From positions 1-42,977 of the IMG/VR virus record IMGVR_UViG_3300049021_000038: a DNA stretch of 42,977 bases; one strand, 5' to 3'. The notes beneath the pieces were generated by a model. It made no database searches. It was given only the letters and a program-made list of their open reading frames with translations, and was not told where the DNA came from. Positions 9,660-17,571 of the stretch are shown piece by piece. The position numbers and the translations under genes are program-made. The DNA comes from a virus (Duplodnaviria > Caudoviricetes). Numbering within the stretch: the stretch's first letter is position 1; every line of letters begins with the position of its first letter.

Positions 9660-9803
9660 ATGGCTATGTCTCTCGGCTTGGGCTTGGGTCTCACCTTCGG
9701 CGGCGGTGGTGGCCTTCGCCCACCTCCCGGCTTCGCATTCCTCGTCCTCGACGGCAAATACCTGACGCTTGACGGCAAATACCTCATGCTGGAGAAACCA
9801 TAA
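9660..9803 (+). CDS. Small Gly-rich protein (47 aa)
   Basis: Not in the ORF track. AAGGA RBS; MAMSLGLGLGLTFGGGGG...LDGKYLTLDGKYLMLEKP; TAATG-coupled to the next gene. Confidence 0.7.
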   Translation: MAMSLGLGLGLTFGGGGGLRPPPGFAFLVLDGKYLTLDGKYLMLEKP

Positions 9804-11179
9804 TGGCGAACACCAATACAAAGACGGATATCGAGACTCCGGCAGATCGCGGGCCTTCGCTCAACGGCGTGTTTCTCAAGATCAGTCCCAATCTGACGGT
9901 TCCGCTGATCGGCATCCTTGGCGATAGCATCGCGCAGTTGCAATCCTCGAACACGTCAACAGCGAGGTATTCCTCGTCATCCGGCATGGTGAACTGGGCT
10001 TGCACGCTGCTTGGTGGCCGACTGGCCTTCGACCCGGTGCTGAACTATGGCGTCGGTGGCGAGCGTGCAGACGAAGTTCTTGCCCGCACGGATACGGCAA
10101 TTACCGCCTTTGTTGCCGCTGGCGTCAAGTTCTGCTTTGTCAGCGCCGGCACGAACGACGTGTTTCAGAAGCGTGCATCGGCGCTCATCCTTGCCGATAT
10201 CATCGCGATCTCCGAGCGTCTGCGCGATAACGGCATTATTCCGCTGGTCAACACGATCATGCCGAGAACCTACGACTCCCTGGCAACCGGCGCAGAACGC
10301 ACGACGGCACGCAATCAGCAGAGCTATATCAATGCAGAGCTTCGCCAGTGGGCACTGACGGCACCAAGCATCATCCTTATCGATCTGGTGCGCCGTGTGA
10401 CAGACCCGGCAAGCGCCGCTGGCGAGCCCCTTGGTGGTGCGGCCAATCCGGAAGGCTTCACCTATGACCGGCTGCATCCGGTCCCCCGCCTCGGCTATGT
10501 TGGCGGCAAGGTCATCGCGGCAATTCTAGACCCAATCCTACCCCCGCGCGTTGCGTCGTATCAAACGCTGATCGATGTCTACCACGCCACCGAAAACGTG
10601 AACGGCAACAAGCTGACGAACGGCAAGTTGACGGGAACGACGGGAACAGATGGAACCGGCGCGTCCGGTGATTTCGCGACAAGCTGGACCGCCTCGCGCT
10701 ATACCGGCTCGACGGCAACCATCGTAGGCTCCAAGGTCACGGAAACGGACGCGGACGGCGGCGCCTCGACCGAATGGCAGCGGTGCGTGGTTGCAGCGTC
10801 GGGCGGAACCGGCAGAGACAGCGTGCGGCTTCGTCAGACCGTTTCCGCTGCGTCCGCGAAATACGCAGTCGGTGAAATCGTCAAGATGCGGATGCGCGTG
10901 AAGATCGTTGCACATACGGGACTTCTCGGCGCAACACCTGAACTTGTCCAGCAGAACGCCTCGATCAACACGGCGACATCAACCGGCCTAGCATTCTATT
11001 CGGTATCGAGTGTCAATTACCTCTGGCCTGCCCTGGCATGGGAAGGCGTCATCGAAACACCGCCCATGACGATTCTAAGCGATGTGGTGAACCTTCAGTG
11101 TGATCTCCAGGTGCATGTTGATGCGGCAAGCGCGACCGTCACGGTTGACTTTGCCGATGCGGAATTGATCCCCGCCTGA
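9803..11179 (+). CDS. SGNH/GDSL hydrolase (esterase) with a beta-sandwich C-terminal domain
   Basis: Block I GDSI, block II GVGGE, block III GTND, block V DRLHP. Confidence 0.85.
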   Translation: MANTNTKTDIETPADRGPSLNGVFLKISPNLTVPLIGILGDSIAQLQSSNTSTARYSSSSGMVNWACTLLGGRLAFDPVLNYGVGGERADEVLARTDTAITAFVAAGVKFCFVSAGTNDVFQKRASALILADIIAISERLRDNGIIPLVNTIMPRTYDSLATGAERTTARNQQSYINAELRQWALTAPSIILIDLVRRVTDPASAAGEPLGGAANPEGFTYDRLHPVPRLGYVGGKVIAAILDPILPPRVASYQTLIDVYHATENVNGNKLTNGKLTGTTGTDGTGASGDFATSWTASRYTGSTATIVGSKVTETDADGGASTEWQRCVVAASGGTGRDSVRLRQTVSAASAKYAVGEIVKMRMRVKIVAHTGLLGATPELVQQNASINTATSTGLAFYSVSSVNYLWPALAWEGVIETPPMTILSDVVNLQCDLQVHVDAASATVTVDFADAELIPA

Positions 11180-11234
11180 TACCCACAACCCTCGGATCGA
11201 ATGTGTGGGAGCACTGTGGGTGTAGAGCCCGCAG

Positions 11235-11431
11235 GTTCCCGAGACGTTCACGGTTAGGCTGAACAAGAAAGACCGAATTCCTCGGGTTTTGTGTCCGTGG
11301 AGTTCGGTTTGGGACCAGAGGGTTCCTACTTCCATTATCCACAGGCGTCGAAAACTGTGGGCAATAGAACACCAGAAGAACATCGTCCCCCGATTTTCCC
11401 CCACTTCCCCACGCGCGTTCCCGAGTCGTTC
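11235..11431. promoter_or_regulatory. Three alphaproteobacterial LexA (SOS) boxes
   Basis: GTTC-CCGAGAC-GTTC at 11235-11249, GAAC-ACCAGAA-GAAC at 11367-11381, GTTC-CCGAGTC-GTTC at 11417-11431. Confidence 0.65.
11335..11343 (+). promoter_or_regulatory. Perfect DnaA box
   Basis: TTATCCACA, with an inverted degenerate partner TGTGGGCAA at 11356-11364. Confidence 0.5.
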
Positions 11432-11465
11432 TGCAAATTGCTTCACCTTTCTGCAATAAAGGCTA

Positions 11466-11493
11466 TTGCCAAATCGGCGGAAATCCTTAGAAG
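11466..11493 (+). promoter_or_regulatory. Candidate tRNA promoter carried in attP
   Basis: TTGCCA-N16-TAGAAG, then a GC-rich discriminator, directly before the tRNA fragment. Confidence 0.5.
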
Positions 11494-11502
11494 ACGGGGC
11501 AC

Positions 11503-11543
11503 GGAGAGGTGGCCGAGTGGTCGAAGGCGCTCCCCTGCTAAGG
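11503..11543 (+). other. attP core: 5' half of tRNA-Ser(GCT)
   Basis: GGAGAGG-TG-GCC-GAGTGGTCGAA-GGC-G-CTCCC-CTGCTAA-GG covers the acceptor 5' strand, D-arm and anticodon loop (GCT at 11537-11539). No T-arm follows. It lies 15 bp from the integrase stop. Confidence 0.85.
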
Positions 11544-11557
11544 CAGATTTTAGCAAG

Positions 11558-12607
11558 CTAAGTATTTGTAATTGCTAGAGCAGGCCGCAAATTCCCCCAA
11601 TTCTCCCCCGGCAATACGAAATTCCATCCCTTAGCGAAGGCCTCAGAGCCGATATCCGCCGTCCCGAGCTTCACATATCGCTGGTACTCATTTGATAGCC
11701 AGCCGCCCTCTTCTTTCAGACGCAAGGTGTCTTTCGTCTGAGCGTAGAACCACGTGGCCCAAGAGTGGCGGCAGACGTGTGGCGTGATGGTCTCCGGGTC
11801 TCCCCCAGCACTTTCCACGGCGCGAGCAAACGCCGTTCTGACCTGTCCCCCTCGGCCAACTTTCTCCGCAAACGGCTTGCCGTCAAAGCGTCGGAACAGG
11901 GGCCCCGGTTCTCCGATATTGGATAGCTGCGACAAAGCCGCGATTACCCGGGGCTGAAGTGTCACGCGCCGTTCATGGCCGTTCTTCGGGTCTCGGAGCA
12001 TCGCCCATTTCCCCGAAAGATCAATGTCGTCCCGGCCGTCGATGGCGAAGGTCTCCCCCGCCCGCGATCCTTGCCCGAATAGGAACGTTATCAGAGCCGG
12101 TAGCCATGGGCTCGGCTGTGTCGTGGCTGCCTGGATGATCTTATCAGCGAGCGCCGGCATGACGAACATCGTGCGAGCCCCGCCACCCTTCGGCGCCCGA
12201 AGCTTGTCATCCTTCATGAAATTGATGATGGCATTGACGGGAACATAGAGCTGGCGACGGACTGTTGCCGGTGCGCGGCCGGAATATACGGAGTTCGCGG
12301 CCTTCGACATCGCAGCGTTGTTGATGTCTCCCAGACGGGTTTCCTGAAAGTGCTCAAGAAGCTTGTCGAGGAAGCGTGCATCGCGGCCATTGTCCACATA
12401 GGCTGTCATTGCCTTGGCAAATGAGACATCGCGCCAATCTAAAGGCGCTGGCGCGGCCTGCGTTTGTGCCTCCTGTAGAATGTCGGCTAGCTTTTTCCGC
12501 GCTTCAGGTTTTGAAGTCTCGCCCGTGCTTCGCTCAATTCGGACACCGTTGACCGTGCCGCGCGCGTACCAGTACGGGCTTTTGGGGCGTCTCGTGAGGG
12601 TAAGCAT
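11558..12607 (-). CDS. int: Tyrosine integrase
   Basis: Catalytic R (GSRAGE), K (PKNG), HxxR (HVCRH), W (GGW) and Y (QRYV); N-terminal arm-binding-like region. Confidence 0.93.
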   Translation of the reverse strand: MLTLTRRPKSPYWYARGTVNGVRIERSTGETSKPEARKKLADILQEAQTQAAPAPLDWRDVSFAKAMTAYVDNGRDARFLDKLLEHFQETRLGDINNAAMSKAANSVYSGRAPATVRRQLYVPVNAIINFMKDDKLRAPKGGGARTMFVMPALADKIIQAATTQPSPWLPALITFLFGQGSRAGETFAIDGRDDIDLSGKWAMLRDPKNGHERRVTLQPRVIAALSQLSNIGEPGPLFRRFDGKPFAEKVGRGGQVRTAFARAVESAGGDPETITPHVCRHSWATWFYAQTKDTLRLKEEGGWLSNEYQRYVKLGTADIGSEAFAKGWNFVLPGENWGNLRPALAITNT

Positions 12608-12789
12608 GCAACCGGCTCCGTTATTTTTTCCAGATCTGCGGGGGTGAAGAAAAGGGCGCGTCCGATCTGACGATAAGCACCGATTTCTCTTGCCCGCTCC
12701 CTCAAAGCGCGTTCGGATATTTGTACACCCTTCGCCCCCAGGATATCCACAGCCGTGGATGGCGATATGGCTTCGTCAAGGACCGTCAT
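12487..12789 (-). CDS. Putative excisionase (HTH), overlapping int
   Basis: GGAGG RBS; MTVLDEAISPSTAVDIL...RQIGRALFFTPADLEKI is MerR/Xis-like; position upstream of int. Confidence 0.7.
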   Translation of the reverse strand: MTVLDEAISPSTAVDILGAKGVQISERALRERAREIGAYRQIGRALFFTPADLEKITEPVACLPSRDAPKARTGTRAARSTVSELSEARARLQNLKRGKS

Positions 12790-12967
12790 TTTCACCTCCA
12801 TCACGAAGGGCGGAACGGCCGGCGTCGGTGATCTCAACGCCGGAGCCATGGTCGAAGAACTTGGCAAGCCCCTTGCGAACGAGGGCCGATGCCACCATGC
12901 CAGCCCCGTACTTTTTGCCGACTGCAATTTCCTTGAGCAATTGGACTTGCGGCTTGGTGAGCTTCAT
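12776..12967 (-). CDS. Small winged-helix-like hypothetical protein
   Basis: MKLTKPQVQLL...LVRKGL...ITDAGRSAL pattern. Confidence 0.65.
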   Translation of the reverse strand: MKLTKPQVQLLKEIAVGKKYGAGMVASALVRKGLAKFFDHGSGVEITDAGRSALRDGGENDGP

Positions 12968-13022
12968 TTCCCTTCCGTCCTTTTCGTAGATGCAAGGCGG
13001 GCTCGGCGAAGATCGCCAACGG

Positions 13023-13382
13023 TTAGGTCGCAACGCCAGTTTCCATCTTGCCAAAGCTCGACGTTGTCATGGCAAAGATAGACGCCGGGGATTTCGTCAA
13101 TCGCTTGGCTCGGTCGGCAAACGGCTCCAGCGCCTTCCGCAGCGCCTTGTTCTCTTCCATCGCCGCGACATACTGGTTTGACTTCTCGCCAGCGTAGACC
13201 TTCAGCGCTTGCAGTTCCGTTTCGAGGGAGACGATGCGGGACTTTGCCTCAACAGCGGCACATTCTAGGCAGATTGTTGCCCGCTTGTCGGCGTGACGGG
13301 CTTCTTTGCTGCACTTTAGGCAATGGACAAAGTAGCCACCAGGGGCGTAGCCGAACAACGGCCATGGCTTCAAATCGGTCAT
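13023..13382 (-). CDS. Hypothetical protein with CxxC pairs and a coiled coil
   Basis: GYAPGGYFVHCLKC...CLECA; operon coupling. Confidence 0.65.
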   Translation of the reverse strand: MTDLKPWPLFGYAPGGYFVHCLKCSKEARHADKRATICLECAAVEAKSRIVSLETELQALKVYAGEKSNQYVAAMEENKALRKALEPFADRAKRLTKSPASIFAMTTSSFGKMETGVAT

Positions 13383-13561
13383 CAATAGCCCCTTCCTGGA
13401 TTATCGCAGTAGCCGTCGCGGTCGTAATGCTTTGAAGGTTCGGCTGGCTTTGTGGCTTCGCGCATGATCTCCACAGTCATTCGGTAGCGTGGATCATCAC
13501 GCATTCGCTGGTCGTGACGGCTGGCGATGTCCTGAAGTATCTGGGCCAGACTAGATGTCAT
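13382..13561 (-). CDS. Hypothetical protein (59 aa)
   Basis: Not in the ORF track. MTSSLAQILQDIASR...HYDRDGYCDNPGRGY; fills the operon gap with coupled ends. Confidence 0.6.
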   Translation of the reverse strand: MTSSLAQILQDIASRHDQRMRDDPRYRMTVEIMREATKPAEPSKHYDRDGYCDNPGRGY

Positions 13562-14402
13562 CGGTCGAGCCCTCCGGCGCAGCGGGAGCGTCCAGATCGT
13601 TCTTAGACCACGTTAACCCGACATCCCGCTTTCCGTACTTCTCGATAACGGTCTTGAAAGCGTGAAGGATATAGAAGGGTCTATTCCCACCAGAAAAACC
13701 GCCTAGATTATTTCCCTGAAGGTCTCGCCACAGAGCTTCGGCGTCTGCAAGAATATCCTTCCGTTCGGATTCGCTAAACAACTCCGGTCGTTCTCGCCCT
13801 TCCGTCTCCCCCTTTACCGGGGCAGAGGATTCGAGAGCAGAGCGGCCGGCAGAAACGAGCGACCGCATTGTCGGCGTCATCTGCTCATCATCGCTATTGG
13901 TGATGTGAACGATCAAATCACGCAGGGCCTTGACTACCGGCACCTGTACTGGCGGGTGTGGGAAGGCGGCGGATCGGATTGACGAGATGCATTCCCGAAG
14001 CGCGTTGATTTGCCCGATATCGGTATAGAGCGGCAGGCGGGCTTCAATGATGGCGATAGCGTCGATAGCGGCGGGCGCGTTGGTGTAGACTGGGAAGGCG
14101 CGAGGATCATCCTTGTCACTGATCCACATTGCACCGTACGGGCAATTTTGGATCGGAACGTATTCACCGGGTCGCAGCCACGCGACAGGCTGGATGTCTT
14201 TCTGTGTCGTCAAAGGTTCCCGGCTGTTCCACGCAGTTTCCGCCGCAGCTAAATCGGGAACGTCCCCACCTGGGCATGCGTGGCAGTCTCGGCACATAAC
14301 CCAATGCCGAGGATTGATGTCGTTGTTGCCGCAACGAATGGCATTCCCACCGCAAAACGGGCACGGCTTCAGTTCGGTCTCATCTGTCACTGCATTACTC
14401 AT
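13551..14402 (-). CDS. Lar-family restriction-alleviation domain protein (mosaic)
   Basis: ELKPCPFCGG...CRDC...AETAWNSR at the N-terminus. Confidence 0.7.
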   Translation of the reverse strand: MSNAVTDETELKPCPFCGGNAIRCGNNDINPRHWVMCRDCHACPGGDVPDLAAAETAWNSREPLTTQKDIQPVAWLRPGEYVPIQNCPYGAMWISDKDDPRAFPVYTNAPAAIDAIAIIEARLPLYTDIGQINALRECISSIRSAAFPHPPVQVPVVKALRDLIVHITNSDDEQMTPTMRSLVSAGRSALESSAPVKGETEGRERPELFSESERKDILADAEALWRDLQGNNLGGFSGGNRPFYILHAFKTVIEKYGKRDVGLTWSKNDLDAPAAPEGSTDDI

Positions 14403-14866
14403 GGCTGCGATCCTTCTGGGTGAGATGCGGGGAGAGCGCGGAGGATGGCGAGGCAGATGGCAATCGCTGGTGAGACGTCATGCTCCCCTTCACCGAGAAC
14501 ATCGTCACCGCCAAACATGATTTGAGCGCCATAGAGCGGCTCGGTCGCGCGGCTCTTCCCTTTGCCGAGCAGATACCAGCATCCCGGCAAAACTCGCTCA
14601 GCAAGCGCTATGGCCGCGTCTACAGACGAGGTGAATTCAGGGCTGTCCCAGATCAGACCAAGATCACCGCTTTCGTGCTGGACGCCGCACATGCCGCGCG
14701 CCTGCTTGTGATGAGCCCATGTCGGGAAGTTGTCCCAAGCCCATTCATAGCCACCACCGCGCATTTTCTCCGAGCCGATACGGAGGGCGGCGTCTATCTT
14801 GGCGTCAAGCCAGCGATCCGGTCCTTTCGCCTCACTGAGTAGGCCTATGAGGGGCTTGATGGTCAT
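14399..14866 (-). CDS. Hypothetical phage protein
   Basis: FTSSVDAAIALAERVLPG...PAIAICLAILRA; ATGA coupling at both ends. Confidence 0.7.
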   Translation of the reverse strand: MTIKPLIGLLSEAKGPDRWLDAKIDAALRIGSEKMRGGGYEWAWDNFPTWAHHKQARGMCGVQHESGDLGLIWDSPEFTSSVDAAIALAERVLPGCWYLLGKGKSRATEPLYGAQIMFGGDDVLGEGEHDVSPAIAICLAILRALPASHPEGSQP

Positions 14867-15276
14867 GGTTCAATCCTCTGGTAAAGCTGGCGTCGGGGAA
14901 GCTCTGGCAAATCTTTCGGCTCGCGCTTGGCGGCCTTCTCTGATTGCTGGAAAGGTGCGGAGCGGATAGTCTGCTTGGGACGCTTCAGGCCGATGTGCTT
15001 TTCCATTTGGCGAACCGTCTTCGCGGCCATCGGGACATCGTGGTTGGCCGTCTTCCAGCGATGGCATTTGATGCAGACAGCCGCGCAATTTTCGATGCTG
15101 TTGTCTTTGCTATTGGCGTCGAGGACGATATGATCAAACTGGACGCCGCCGCTGATATCGGTAACGCACCGCTTGCCAGGCTCTAACCCGTACATCGCTC
15201 CGATTGCTTCACATCTCATTTCGGAGCGCTTCAGGGCCGCTTTCTTCGTCTTCTGGGTGAATTCGTTGCGGCTCAT
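14863..15276 (-). CDS. HNH-fold nuclease (NinG/Rap-like position)
   Basis: Starts MSRNEFT at 15276; CE...C, FDH...N...NC...CIKCH motifs. Confidence 0.75.
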   Translation of the reverse strand: MSRNEFTQKTKKAALKRSEMRCEAIGAMYGLEPGKRCVTDISGGVQFDHIVLDANSKDNSIENCAAVCIKCHRWKTANHDVPMAAKTVRQMEKHIGLKRPKQTIRSAPFQQSEKAAKREPKDLPELPRRQLYQRIEP

Positions 15277-15887
15277 TGAACGCTGCCCCAATTCTTGCCA
15301 CTCAATATGTTGGAAATCATATTTCTGCTGACCCCATATTTGGCGGCTATCTCTTTGTGGGTAGCGGTTCCGACCAGTGATCGGATTTCGCGGACATCGG
15401 CATCCGATAACTTCGCCATTGGGTGCGCAGCGCCTTCAAGATTGGTGCCGTGGATAAGGCGATCTGATTGATTTTGCAGAGCCGTTTTCCAATCAAGATG
15501 ACGCTTGGTGACGCATCCAAGATGGCCCTTACCGCATGAGTGTGCGGCCTCATGCTCGGGCGTCGGTGGAGGGCCGTTCACATCCTCACATAGAATGCGG
15601 CTAACCCGGCATGATCCGTTTGGATTGTGCATTGCACCGTATCCACTGGGGAACCGATTGTATGGCCAGATAAGGCAGTCATTTCCATCGTAGGCTAGGA
15701 CGGTATTCTCGTAGAAATACATCGCCTCGCCTTTTGGCGTATACTGTGTCAGGAGCGGGTCGCCGTGACGACGCCAACGGGTGTAGTGCATGACGCACCA
15801 TCCACGGCTTCCGCGCGCTGCTCTATTGGCGTTGTCATCGCATCCCTCAACAGAACATGGCGTAAACGTGAATTCCCTCCGGCTCAT
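15273..15887 (-). CDS. HNH / His-Cys homing endonuclease with a C-terminal HTH
   Basis: CSVEGC...CVMHY, CLIWP, AAHSCGKGHLGCVTKRHL and AKLSDADVREIR...IAAKYGVS motifs. Confidence 0.85.
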   Translation of the reverse strand: MSRREFTFTPCSVEGCDDNANRAARGSRGWCVMHYTRWRRHGDPLLTQYTPKGEAMYFYENTVLAYDGNDCLIWPYNRFPSGYGAMHNPNGSCRVSRILCEDVNGPPPTPEHEAAHSCGKGHLGCVTKRHLDWKTALQNQSDRLIHGTNLEGAAHPMAKLSDADVREIRSLVGTATHKEIAAKYGVSRNMISNILSGKNWGSVQ

Positions 15888-16078
15888 CCTTTTCTCCTCA
15901 CACCAAGAGCCTCATGCATCTCGCGGTAGTTCTCCGCGATGACGTGGCGTGTCGTCTTATGCTGACGGCGCAGGACGGGGAGTGTCGTGTCCCGGCGCTC
16001 GACAACCTTGGGGAGGGCGCGGCGCAGTCGGCGGGCCGCGATCATGGAATTCCACCAGATGCAGATTTGCTTGATCAT
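15884..16078 (-). CDS. Hypothetical protein
   Basis: ATGA-coupled at both ends; 64 aa, basic. Confidence 0.6.
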   Translation of the reverse strand: MIKQICIWWNSMIAARRLRRALPKVVERRDTTLPVLRRQHKTTRHVIAENYREMHEALGVRRKG

Positions 16079-16500
16079 GCTGCCTTCTCCCGGTTCATGA
16101 GTTGGTCAGGGGTGACGCCATAATTCTGGCCGATCCACTCGATTGCCCGCTCCAGGTAGGCCGCGAAATCCTCTTCCGTCATTTTGTCGAAAGCGATGGA
16201 CGATGGGACAAGCACCGTATAGCCGTTCTTCAGCCTCACGGGCGTTGCGTGGCCTAGATCGAGCTTGATGACGCTGTGCAGCGCTTCCGAGTTCGGGGCG
16301 CAGTCTGTGGCCGCGACAAGGCGGTTGAGAAGCTGCCAATAGAAACGCAGGCGGGACGGGGAGCGGCCGGTGCGCAGATCGACGCGGATACGCTCTCCCG
16401 GCTTCATCTTCCGGATCATTTCGGCGTCGGCTTGCATCTCAGGGACGAGAGTATCGCCACGGCGCTGGACGTAGATGGGCATGTGTTCAGTCTTGCTCAT
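16075..16500 (-). CDS. NinB/DUF1367-like recombination accessory protein
   Basis: GGAG RBS; RSPSRLRFYW...PSSIAFDKMTEEDF; lies next to ssb. Confidence 0.65.
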   Translation of the reverse strand: MSKTEHMPIYVQRRGDTLVPEMQADAEMIRKMKPGERIRVDLRTGRSPSRLRFYWQLLNRLVAATDCAPNSEALHSVIKLDLGHATPVRLKNGYTVLVPSSIAFDKMTEEDFAAYLERAIEWIGQNYGVTPDQLMNREKAA

Positions 16501-16510
16501 GTCCGTCTCC

Positions 16511-16948
16511 TCAGAACGGCAGGTCTTTATCGTCGTAGTCGTCACCGTAGGAATTTCGTTCTGGCTCGCGCTGGCGGGAAGACTCGACGCTGGCGTTGCT
16601 TGGTCCGTCCAGCATGACCATTTTGGCGTCAAACCCCGACAAAACCATTTCAGTTGAATATCTGTCGTTGCCGTCTTTATCGGCCCATTTCCGGGTTTTG
16701 GCGGCTCCCTGGACGAGAATGCGCGAACCCTTCTTCAAATACTGCTCGGCTACCTTCGCCAGTCCTTCGGAGAAAATAGTGACGGCGATCCATTCCGTCT
16801 TTTCCTTTTTCTCCCCGTTGTTCCGATCCTTCCAGGTCTCAGACGAAGCCAAGCGAAGGTTGACGATCGGCTTCCCCTCTTGGTTTCTCCTAACTTCAGG
16901 ATCCGCGCCAAGGCGACCGGAGGCTGTCCATTGATTAAGGTCTGACAT
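16511..16948 (-). CDS. ssb: Single-stranded DNA-binding protein
   Basis: GRLGADPEVR, KTEW and YLKKGS motifs; acidic DDKDLPF tail. Confidence 0.95.
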   Translation of the reverse strand: MSDLNQWTASGRLGADPEVRRNQEGKPIVNLRLASSETWKDRNNGEKKEKTEWIAVTIFSEGLAKVAEQYLKKGSRILVQGAAKTRKWADKDGNDRYSTEMVLSGFDAKMVMLDGPSNASVESSRQREPERNSYGDDYDDKDLPF

Positions 16949-17571
16949 TATGCGGCCTCTCTGTTGGTTAAGGGCTGGTAGGAACGGACGCGCTCAACTG
17001 TCGCAGCCAACTCTTCATTGAATCTGTCGATCTCGTCTGACATCTGTTTGATGTATTCTTCGTCTCGGTAGACACGGGTGATGAGCATTGGGAGACCGGG
17101 CCAGTAGGAAACAAAATCCCAAAACTCGCGCTCTGCAATCCAGAGATTGCCTTGCACTTGAGCCTTGTGCTCTGGAGGTAACCTATCACGCTCCAGACGA
17201 TCGATCTGGATGTGTGGGAGGGCCGTTTTGATCTCCAACCCGCCATTGATGCCTATCAAGCTGTCAGGACTTGCGCCCTTATTGCCGTTGCGCATGAAGC
17301 CGACGAGCTGTGGGTCTGTGTCAGTAATAAATGCGTAAGTGCTTCTCGCTTCCTCTTCCAGAGAGGTGCCGCGTTCGGTGTGTACGTTTGAAAATTGCTC
17401 AGACGGCTCTCCCGTAAGAATTTCGCCGGCCAATTTCCGCATGTATTCTGTGCGGGTTTTTCCTTCCCCCTTGGCCATAACGGTTGAAAACTTGCTTGCC
17501 GTTGGCAGGCCGCGCCTGCACTCAAACCAAATATCCGTTCCTTGCTTACAGTCAAAAATCTCTAAGCCCAT
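16948..17571 (-). CDS. YqaJ / lambda-exonuclease family recombination nuclease
   Basis: QGT..W...R.G.PTAS, GASPDSL, LEIK and QVQGNLW motifs. Confidence 0.9.
   Translation of the reverse strand: MGLEIFDCKQGTDIWFECRRGLPTASKFSTVMAKGEGKTRTEYMRKLAGEILTGEPSEQFSNVHTERGTSLEEEARSTYAFITDTDPQLVGFMRNGNKGASPDSLIGINGGLEIKTALPHIQIDRLERDRLPPEHKAQVQGNLWIAEREFWDFVSYWPGLPMLITRVYRDEEYIKQMSDEIDRFNEELAATVERVRSYQPLTNREAA

Noticed and set aside
11503-11590. Complete tRNA-Ser gene
   Set aside because: Similarity ends just after the anticodon loop. There is no variable arm, T-arm or 3' acceptor strand, so it is treated as the attP core.
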